Part shown: in pieces, positions 11,701 to 22,260 of the stretch | Layout: each line of letters starts with the position of its first letter | Numbering within the stretch: the first letter of the stretch is position 1 | Assembly: GCA_002633005.1 (NCBI GenBank) | Contig: NMRA01000389.1 | Location: forward strand, 124,001 to 188,000 | Direction: 5' to 3' | Length of the DNA: 64,000 nucleotides | From: Phoronis australis | Lineage: Eukaryota > Animalia > Phoronida | Notes under the pieces: model-generated | Told to the model about the DNA's origin: nothing | Databases searched by the model: none | Seen by the model: only the letters and a program-made list of their open reading frames with translations | Made by a program: the position numbers and the translations under genes

Positions 11701-14700
11701 TCAGTACTCTTCTTTCTTCCACCTCCGATACAAGACAACTGCCAGCACTAGAATAATAAGAAGTACTACCACGGCCATTCCAACTAATGACCACGTGGCT
11801 GTGGTGTACTGTAGTAAGTTAGGAGGAGTTGGCGGGTATGTGGTGAAATCTACAACAAACAACCAAATATTGAGACATAATATAGAAAGCTCATCATCAG
11901 CACAAAGGAAGGAGTAGAAAGTCGCTTTGGGAGAATTAAAAAGAGGTTATCTCTGGACTCCGTCTGTACAACATAATGTCAAAACTACTTTCAAAAAGTT
12001 AGAAGACAGTACAACAAATCTTCGTGAGGCAGAGCGAAAGTTCCTAGGTATGGATGATCAATCATTAACTCACCAGCAAAATTCTATGAGAATGTCTCAT
12101 CTTAGAACAGCTCATTTTAATCGGAGTTGTATAACTGATATCGGAAAGCATGTGGCAAAACTTGTTCACTTTTCAGCTTACTTTATCATAAACTACACAC
12201 ATCCCTACTAGTTACAACTATCCCAAAATCACTTGGTTGCTTTAAAAGAACATTAATTCAGGAATGAAAAACTTTAATGATTAATGTAAGGCTAGAGTTA
12301 CCAAAAAACAAATCATACACTTTGAACTGATCGTCACCAACTGTGAATTTATTTGAGAAGTGACGTGGGAATAGTAAAATTGTGATGGAAAGACACAACA
12401 CAGCATGACCACTATTCATCAACTTTGCAAATTAACTGCATTTTCAGATGATTCGTATTTTGTCAAACTCGGATAAAATCTGTTCCATTGGATTCGACTT
12501 TTCTATTAAAAGTCTTTTTAGAGCAAATAAATACTGTGTTGTTGTGTAATAATTCCAACACAGTATTAGTAACTAGGAACTATCAATCCCTGAGTGATTG
12601 GAAAAGTAAAAGACTCACCAGGATCTCTGTACGAGAGTACACGAAACCGATCATTCCAGAAGCCATAATACTGTTGTCTGTAGTTGGTATAACTGGTACT
12701 GTTGTTTCGAGACACCTCCATGTAGGTCAAGTTACCGAGGTTATAAGGAAACCACGAGTTGTTACGCAGTCGCTCTTTGTCGTCGTGGTAAGTGTCGTTA
12801 ATGTTGTACATGAACCAAACTGGTGTTGGATTCCTGTCAGTATAACAAAGCAGGCAATAACATGTATATCACACCTCTTGGGTGGTTATTCCACAGGATT
12901 TCGGAACCCTTAAGAACTATCCAATGAAAGGCCTACATGAAAAGTTGCATAAAATGAAAAGACAATTTAGATAACTGTAACAGCATTTTTGAGGTTTCAT
13001 CTTGAACATTTATATTACACTAAATTTGCTCAGGTTATTGATCTGTTTGTTCTGCTATGAATGCACCTTTCTTTTTACTAAATATTACTAAGAAAGCATG
13101 GTCACATGACCCAATTAACGACAGATTGATATAAGGTAAAAAATCAAATTCTACATAATTTCTACTTTCAGAAAATAAACACTTTTGGAGAGTTAAATTG
13201 CTAACTGTACAGTCTTGTCAATAAAGCTTACATAACCTTAAACATAATCACCAGATCTCAACAGTGATTAGTGGGGGATCTTGAAAACCACATGTTGAGA
13301 TATTCAAATGTACCTGTGTATAGTAAAAATCATGTCTTGGAAAAACAAGTGAAATAACTAAAGGACAAAAGAAAATAGCCAAACATGAAAGGATTCCTTT
13401 CCAAGAAAAATCGTATGAGAACAATAATTACAAATGAATTATCCCTTTCAAAATGCAATCTTTCATACCTACAAATACGTTTAAAAGGTTGTTTGCATGA
13501 TAATGGAGATCCTTTTATTTTTGCATCCAAATAATTAAAAACTAACAGAAGTTTAGGCCAAGCAAAGTCAGGCATCAACTAAACAAAGTAATGTTTCAGG
13601 TTTTGGAGCTGGGAAGCCAAAAATTCCAAGTTATTTGTTTAAAGAGGTAATATGTTGAAAACAACTTTGGATTTAGGTCACTTGCTGTTAAAAACAGCAC
13701 TCATTTAGTTCAAAATCCTTACCTATGACTGATTTCTAAGCTTAACAATAACTGACAGGTGACCTATCGCCAGGATATTGACTGACGGCTCAACTGACAA
13801 ATCAGAATGCAGCATTCTTGACACACTTTCATCTGCATATCCAAGCCGCCATTTCACCCGACAAACAACACGTTGTTGGTGACTTTTCAAAATAGGGCGA
13901 AGCTTGTGATAGGTCAGTTGCTTCAGAGCAGGCCCATCAAGCTGCTTATAATGACATATTAGTTTCAATTATCAAGGCAGTCAGGGGAATTCCAGGTGTC
14001 TGATCTCTCACAACCAATCCAAACAGGGGAATTCCAGGTGTCTTATCTCTCACAACCAATCCAAACAGGGGAATTCCAGGTGTCTGATCTCTCACAACCA
14101 ATCCAAACAGGGGAATTCCAGGTGTCTTATCTCTCACAACCAATCCAAACAAAGGATAAGAATGTGATCATATTGTTTTGGAGGTGCAAGAAGAAACTTG
14201 ATGTTTTGATATTAGAGCATGATTTGTCATGGTGGCTTTAATTATTTGGATGCAAAGAATGAAAGTATTGCTGTCAATTTTTGACACCAATTACAAAATG
14301 CACTTAGAGGCTGCCTACAAATGAACATTTACCCCACTGCAGCAAAGCCAGTCATTGTTATCATCATGTAATCACTGATGTTCTTGGCCTTCTCATCATA
14401 CACCTCTGTGAGTTCAAGACCGGTCAGATTTAGACTTGTTTGGTTCAGGTAAGGATAGCCAAACACATACTGCAACTCAGATCTGTGGGCAACACCTGTC
14501 AACAAAACACAAACAAGTAAGACTAGGCTAAATGGTGTGCTAGAGTGCATATGAGCATCAAACAAAAAGCAACTTAATGAACCCAAATTGCAGTGCAATT
14601 TTACATTTTCAAAGTATACTCAGATAAATTCTCAACTGCAGAAATGGAAATGAGTAGAAGCTCGTAACGTGTACTCTAAATTGAACCTATCTATTTCCCG

Positions 14701-17700
14701 TTACAGCTACAAGTCATGATCGCGAATGGATCGCAGGAATCTACCTCTTATTTCTGCAATTCCTTAAAAAAACAAAAAATAGTGATCATGACAATTTGTT
14801 AGTCGGGAAATAGAGAGGTACAATTTACGAAAGGGTCACACTAGGAGCCTTTCCCAAACATTTGTTTTAACCAAATCCTCCATTCATAACTCACTTACCC
14901 ATCCATTTAGGTAGTTTTGTCAAATTGCTTCTGAAGTGAAACTCGTACATATAAGTTTCATTGAGACTAACGTGAGATTTGAGCACGGCATCAACACCAG
15001 CACCATATAAACTGTCACCATACAACTGAAACAAAACCACACAACTCAGAAGAAAGACAGACGACATCTTTAACACATTCCAAACACAGAAATCAGCAAG
15101 TTCATGCGAACATAGGACAGAAAATTTCGGATTGTAAATCTTAGCAAACAGGGCATGTTCTCAGTCCAACTACCTCCGCAATTTAATGTTTGTCTATGGT
15201 GAACACGACAAGAGTGTTTGTCAATTATATTTGGAGAGGTCACAGTATTGTGAGAGAGCGATAAGAATGCTCATTTGATATCATGTTATATGAAGGGAGA
15301 CAATAACAATGAATGGGCTCGGGGAGTATATCTTAAACATGAGGCAAAGGGTAATAGTTCTGCATTTTGAGAAACAGTTTTCTCCACTGAATAACAGGTG
15401 TCAAACTGGTTCTCAAAATGCAGGACCCCTACTAACTGCCCTACTTACTCCCATGATCATGAAAGTCATGGCTGTTTTGTTGCTAGGATCTGGCCACCAT
15501 GTGTAGAGAAAGTCTAGGTACTGCTCCATGGAGTCTTTATTTTTAACATGACGACTAGCAACGTAGTCTTTGACGACTTTCTCGTGCATCTGCTTGGTAA
15601 TACCTAGGTCCAAATCCATTGGTAAGTCCACTGAAATGTTAACAGCAAGCAATTGAAAAATCTTGGACCAAGAACAGAGATATATCTTAACAGCTAGTGA
15701 GTTTTTAGTTATGTTTTCAAGGATATTAAAGTCTCCAATATCAGTGGTTGTCGATAACCAAAATAACATTAATAAGACACACATATTTAAAAAGCTGTGC
15801 TCCTCTTAGATAAAAACCTACATGCGATGTCACTTTCAATGGGCCATTAATTAGGACTTAAATTCAATCAACAATAAACACAACACAAGTAACGTTCATT
15901 ACCTAAAACCATCTATTTACTTCATTACTAATAAACAAAAATTCCCCCAAATGGGTCAAGTAGTGCGGAAGCTTTCATTGGGTGCCTGGATGACCATAAA
16001 GAGAATAAATTAATATGTGGTAATAGAAAATTTGGTAATAGTCTGGTGTAATGTGCCCGCATTTTGAGAACCAGTTTTCTCTACTGAATAACAGGCATCA
16101 AGTGGTTCTCAGAATGTGGGCACATTATATCAGACCATTGGCAAAAAGTCAGCAAAAGTTTCTGAAACATACAATCAGCAATTGCCTGAGACCCTTCATC
16201 CATGACCACCCCGCCAAGCAGCTGCACAGGCTGAATGCTAGCGTTCCTGCCATCACGTGGAAAACGAATGTCTCGAGGCATCTCTGGTAAAAATCCATTT
16301 TCGCCATCCATTACTGGTGCCCAAGGACCTGCTGTAGCACCAGCCTGTAATGAAAATTACGTTATGACATGAATTCCCAACAAAACCCAAATGCACAGCC
16401 GAGGAAACTGTGTGATACAGTACAACAGTGTATAAATCTGATCTGTGACTGACTCGCTTGTTCTATTATGCACACTCTCCTCTTCATATTAATCAGATTT
16501 TGCCTCAATCGGATAAAATCTTTTAGTCCCATTTGCATTTGACTTACAACACTTTACCAATACCTGCAATTATGACCAAATGGTTTGACAAGGCAACCTA
16601 AGTCCAAAAGCAGAAATTAAAGTGCTTTCATAGTCATATCTTTTTAATCTAACAACGAACTTCACAACACAATGGCAAGCATAAACTGTACATAGTTAAC
16701 AATCTCATTTCGCCACAGGTAACCGAGATAACCTAAATTTTGTCATTCATCTCACACATCATTATTGCTTACTCTTCGTTTAACTTTCATCGACGCCTCC
16801 AAGATGTCCTGCCACTTAACATCAAACCTCAGGCACTCAACCATAACCCTCGGATACTTGGTAGAGCAGCCCACCAGCTGAGCCAACTGTTGTGCGTAGT
16901 ACCGTGGTCGCCAGTAACTGTCGATGACAGCCCAGTCACACATGTCAGAGCCACTCATGATGATGGCCCGTTGGAATAAGTTGAGGTCTCCTACAAGTAG
17001 GCAGGAACAAGTTCAGTGTAGTCAGGAGCACACGGGATAAGAGCGTGCTAGGAAAAGGTGAGATTTCCACCAGGCAGCCAAGCACAACAATGCAGGGGGC
17101 AACTCACAGTAACAGAACACTGAAACAAGTAATGATCTTGTGCAAATCGACAATCAACCAACAACAGCCAAGCAAGGGTGAAAAATGTATACTAGATTAT
17201 GTAATTACAGACACAACAGATAATCGTGTAAACAAATTATTGCATCAATAACACATTGTAAATCAGTTCAACTGCTTGCTCCAAGCAATACCTCTTAACT
17301 GCCAAACCACATAAGTTTTTGAATCAGACTGTTGATCATGAAGACCTGTAAGTATAGCACATTAAACTTAAAAAGCATTACTGCTTACAATTATTAAAAT
17401 ACCATGTTTAACATGTTATCAGGTCTCATCTGTCTGCAATGACCCCTTACCCCAGCTCCTTGTCTTAGGAGATATTAAGTGCAGGCCCACACTGGCTGCT
17501 CCAGCCTCGTAGCCCATCACTGTTATGTTTTTCTCGTTTCCACCAAACTTGCTGATGTGCGCTCTGATGAATTCTAAGGCAGCCAGCTGATCATACATCC
17601 CAAAGTTGCCAGGAGCAAATGAATCTTCTGTTGTCAAAAATCCTGTCAACAGCAATTGTTATAAGTTGTATAATGACAAGAAAGTGGAAATCAGCTTGAC

Positions 17701-20700
17701 ACAAGACAGTGTTCTTCACAACCAGTTTAGACTAGTTGCGATAATGGATTTATACTTTGTGCGATGAATTTGGCTCACAAGTATAGAGTTTGAAAAACAA
17801 CACAGAGTTAGAATCATTAGCATTATTTGTAGAGCAAGTGAGACTTATTTTGCGTATGTCAGGACTGCAGTGTATCATCCCCCAAAATGCAAACACAGAC
17901 TTTTAAACAACTTCGAAAATCAAATTGTTTTCATGGACTAAGATTTTCTGGTGTGGACAACACTGCACGGAATAATCTCTGTTAAAGCATTAAAACCTAA
18001 CTTCAACGGAATTTTAATTTAGATGTATTGGACTACCCAGATAGTCCTAGCAAATCCTTGGTAAAATAAGAAAGTGCGAGTTCAATCACGCACATGTAAG
18101 CCCGTCAAATAATAGGTGAAGCTGCCGTTTCGTGCCATGTTGCGTAATCGCCAGATCAAAGCACAAACAACTAAAGGCCGAAAACAGTTGTATTGAATAG
18201 GAGTATGAATAGAACACCATTGCGTGTGGGTGTTACTTGCAGCCGTTACATGTGTTTTTGTTGAAGATAGGCTTTAATGTGCGAATAACATATAATTCAC
18301 ATTGTACGATTTCAACAACATAAAAATTATAGAAAGATGAACTCTGACTTAAAAAGGATATTCCTTGTTAGATACGATGCAAACACGATCTAATGAGGCA
18401 TTCCTTTTCCCAATGTCAGGTAATCAATTACAATGATGTATTTCCAGAAACTTAATTTCAGCTGTCACCGGATAATTTCCACTTGAGCTAGGAGCCAACA
18501 GGGCATCTACAATGATGAAAAACCTGTCCAATTCAACACTGCTCCACCCATATCAAGACAGTAGGAAAACAGAACTATAGAAACAGTATAATTATAACAT
18601 ATAAATATCTTGACATAACCCTTGAATCACACGTCATTTAATAAAATTTACCTAAGGCACCCAATCGGTAGTTGACAGTAACAAACACCACCTCCCGTTG
18701 AGCCATGGCATAACCCGGGATCTGTTGAGCAGTGCCATTAACAAATCCACCATCATGAAAATATACAATTACCGGGTACTTCCTGTTTATCCCAATAATT
18801 TCATATTCTGTTCGCTGCAAAGAAAAATAAAATAATCTTGCAGTTTCCTGACCGCATTTAGTTTACTTGCTCGACACTTGGTGTCTCTGCTGTTTGCTCT
18901 CTGATTTTACTAATAAAGTTACCATAAATCTCAAAAGGAATCTCCTTACACAAGGTTGCAGTCATCCCACATAATGTGTACACCACTGTATACTATGGGT
19001 AACTGAATCTGGAGGGGACCCATCCACAGGACACAAACACAAATATGAGCCACTGTACAGGCTCACTCCATGAGCGAAGGTTCCATTTTTCACCGCTTAA
19101 TTGTTCTTCAGAGAACATTCATAGACTAAGTCCTCTAATAAGAACTAATAAGAACTAAGTTTCAATTCACACAAGCACACACACATGCATGCACACACGC
19201 ACGCACACACGCATGCACACGCACGCACACACGCATGCACACACGCACACACGCATGCACACACGCACACACGCACGCACAGTATCATCAATATTCTGAA
19301 TTATTTCATGATTCTACCGGATTACTATTAATAAATAATTAAATAAATAATCAAATTGTCACACATTAAATGTTATTCAAAATAAAGGTAACTTACATTT
19401 GGAGAATATATATTTATGTGGAGACAGTCCTCGCTAATGTTTGCAAACTTCGGAATATCTTTACGAATGAAGTCTGGTACTTGCGGACAGGCAGAACGAA
19501 AATAAGTACAGTCCCTCTTGGGATTGGCCCTAGGGTCATATTCAAACTTCTCTGGTTTCTGGAATAAAACAGTTTATTATCCTTCTAATAATTGACTGTA
19601 CTTCGGGAGCAATAATAATTAAAGATATTTGAGATTTAAATTGGGCTTATACGTAATGGGTGTTTTCCATAACAGAAAAACTCGCACGAATTTCCCCATA
19701 AATGATCATGCAGTCACCTCACCATGAAATTTATGACGATCATACTTTTTTGAAAGTCCAGCACTCGTTTGATACTTTGATACTTACTGGTACCTTGTCC
19801 ACTTTGGCATTTAAAGAAGAAGCACAATCTAACAGTTGCCATTTACTTGCATTGCTCCCTTGCTTTTATAGCTAAGAAAGTCTGTCGACAACAGAAAGTC
19901 TGTGCAACACATGCACCATATGCTCACAGCAAAATTTGCACAGACTGTATTTCACTGGCAATAATGGAAAAGCAATTCTAGTAATTTATTTCAAATTGCA
20001 CGTAACCTACTGAAATGAGAACAGTATGCAAGAATCGGCAAAAAAGAAATTGGCCATGAGGCAACCCTCTATTTCATGGCACTCAAAGTTGACACATGAT
20101 CGCTCCGCAAAGTTACTAGCAAAATAACAGAATAACGACAATGTTTTAGAACCAGTTTTGGTATTCAAGGAACAGTGTAGTTTTTGATTGATGACAATTT
20201 TGAGTCAGAATTTAATTCACTGACTGTTCATCCAGATGGATCTAAAGCTGAATATATGTAGCAAGGCTGCGATTATCCAATGATACATTTGAACATGTTA
20301 CATCAAGATTCATAATTTGCGTGTCAGTCTATTTCAGAGCATTATGACAACTGTATTTGTTAAAATCAGTCACGAGAATTAAAAAGAGTCACCACTGGTC
20401 ACATCATAACCGGCAGCAAACCGAAACTCAAAATCGTCCTTTGTAAATGACTACATAGATACCAGGACCTGACTAAAACTGGAAAATTTATCTCCATTGC
20501 CATTGCATTGGCATCATAGACTAGTATATAATATGGTAGTACATAGACTGCCAACTCTGCGTATTCTCAATGCACAAGATATGTGATGTTGCATACAAGT
20601 ACTAACCAACACTACGTGACTGTGATATCACAATTCACTAGTGACGCTTGGATTAATGCACCTTTAACTTCTAACAAGTACATCATTTGCTCAGTAACTG

Positions 20701-22098
20701 GAAGCCAAGGTGTGCATTGAACCAGATTGACACCTTTCCAACCCGGTTGCCAAGCAGCAATTGCCTCTTAGCCGAATGGGTTGGACACTTGGCTCTCAAA
20801 CGGGAACCCTAATCCAGGCTCAGTGTCGGCAGATTTTTCAATAAATGCACACATCTCGCTAAGGAAGCCAATGTGATGTTGTGAACACTAGAACTTCACG
20901 CTTCGCTTGTACAGGGTAATGTATGATATTTGTTGATAACACTGGAACTGTCATGTGTGTGAACGAAAGACTTTTCGAAGAAAAGTTTGGCTGCAAGTGC
21001 ATTTGTTTGAGCTTGGAAGAGTTAAAGACATCAACAGTCTGCTGAAGAGTGTCTCTATGCGGAAAAGGTGCTTGTATAGCAACATGACTGTTTAATCAGT
21101 GCGAGACATAATTCGCCAAAAAAGCTTCCGGCACTTGGAGGGCCTATGGGATGGTCACCGTCTCTACTGGGGCAAGTGGTTGTCTACTTGTGGTGATATT
21201 CGGGTTGTTCGCAGGCTTGAGTCTTGTTTCTGCAGTCTTCATGCGACATGTTTCTGAGCCTCGCATAGACTTCATCTTTTCTACTTCTAGAGACATTTCC
21301 TATACTTCTAGTCATTTGAAGTTGGATTGTTATTGTGTCAAAATAGTGGAGGCGTCAAATCCTTAGTCAGGAACACTGATAGTCGTACTGTGAGAAGTAG
21401 TCTAGTTTGGATTTCAAACTAGATATGTAACAACACCCACTGGTTTTAAATGGAGAACCCACTTGCCAGACAGAGCAAGGTAAGTCTCTTGTAGTTAATA
21501 ACGAGTGTAGTAATAGCCGAGATTACCCGACCCGGGGATCGAACCAGCAACCAGCATAAAACCGGCAAGCGTACTAACCAGTAGCTAACAGAGAGGCCCA
21601 TACATGATTCACCGGAAGCAAATCTACAATACAAGTAACACATGCACAGGAGTTCACTGCACATTTCGCAAAGTCTTGGATCTAAACCAGGCTCACATAG
21701 TTACGGAACGCACATCTACTAGTATTGACTGTGGTCTATGTTTGTAGCCATCGACTCCATTCCAAATATTAGACAGTCATCGACAAGACGTCAATGCAGC
21801 TAAATGAATGAGCACACACAGCACACCACACTCATTGGAACTTTTTCTAAATAAAGGGAATTATCATACTTACAGCAAACCTTCTGTTTTCAATAGGTGG
21901 TTTAGCATAGGGAACCCCGAAAAACATGTTGACGTATCTTTTCTCTTCGTATTTCATCGTAAACCCCTCCAAAACGACACCATCGATATAGCGCTTTATG
22001 ATGGCGTCTCTTGGCCATAGTGGGTCAAAGTTTCCTGGAGGAGCGGTAAGTTGTCCGGCTGAAAGACTGACACCGCACACAAATAACATCCAAAACAT
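11701..22098 (-). CDS. Carboxylesterase/cholinesterase-like (neuroligin-like) type I membrane protein, paralog B, complete (655 aa); catalytic Ser absent
   Basis: Eleven exons: 22098-21874, 19558-19397, 18814-18652, 17642-17451, 16990-16773, 16344-16173, 15630-15449, 15025-14899, 14495-14333, 12833-12619, 11849-11701 (1968 nt, ATG to TGA). Signal peptide MFWMLFVCGVSLSAG. Motifs: FFGVPYAKPP, SEDCLHINIY, FHDGGF, NYRLGALGFL, GNFGMYDQ, GYEAG, MDEG, AHRSE. TM segment WSLVGMAVVVLLIILVLAVVL; tail YRRWKKEEY. Confidence 0.94.
13760..13920. mobile_element. MITE-like element (TGACCTAT...ATAGGTCA family), copy 1
   Basis: Inverted termini tgacctatc / gataggtca; internal sequence clearly similar to 47821-47990. 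Confidence 0.65.
13982..14151. repeat. 42-bp minisatellite, 4 copies
   Basis: Unit caggggaattccaggtgtct(g/t)atctctcacaaccaatccaaa, repeated directly with no spacers. Confidence 0.95.
15358..15425. repeat. Short palindromic (hairpin) dispersed element, copy 1
   Basis: gcattttgagaaacagttt ... aaactggttctcaaaatgc; related to 16049-16127 and to 45561-45592. Confidence 0.75.
16049..16127. repeat. Short palindromic (hairpin) dispersed element, copy 2
   Basis: taatgtgcccgcattttgagaacca ... tggttctcagaatgtgggcacatta, arms of about 25 bp. Confidence 0.8.
17994..18273. mobile_element. TTAA-flanked MITE (Kolobok-like), copy 1
   Basis: ttaa|aacctaacttcaac ... gttgaagataggct|ttaa; internal homology to 48906-49178. 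Confidence 0.75.
19175..19281. repeat. Compound (CA)n/(GCAC)n microsatellite
   Basis: gcacacacacatgcatgcacacacgcacgcacacac... Confidence 0.9.
21506..21628 (-). mobile_element. Dispersed element containing a tRNA-like pol III promoter, copy 1
   Basis: Minus strand TAGCTACTGG (A box) and GGTTCGATCCC (B box); homologous to 54103-54240; bounded by tgtag...ctaca. Confidence 0.65.
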
Positions 22099-22199
22099 TC
22101 CTACAAACGTACAATTTTCGACAAAATTCGTTCATGAGTCACCCGTTCAAAGATGTCCGCTTGAATATACAAATGACAAGCAATGACATCTGTAGTTAA

Positions 22200-22260
22200 A
22201 TTTGAGAGCATTTGCGAGACTGCGCAGACGAGCAGGGCGGAAGCGGGGTTGCACTCGGTT
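22200..22260. promoter_or_regulatory. Putative promoter of paralog B, possibly shared with PSD
   Basis: Local CpG-rich patch gcgagactgcgcagacgagcagggcggaagcgggg (NRF1-like TGCGCA, ETS CGGAAG, GC box), 100-150 nt upstream of the paralog B ATG. Confidence 0.45.

Noticed and set aside
21520-21600. tRNA genes at 21520-21600, 54120-54200 and 8690-8760
   Set aside because: A and B boxes are present, but acceptor and T stems do not pair; treated as repeat-derived.
881-22098. Calling the two genes acetylcholinesterase or bona fide neuroligin (NLGN)
   Set aside because: There is no catalytic Ser, and the tails are far too short and lack the neuroligin C-terminal motif; no gene symbol assigned.
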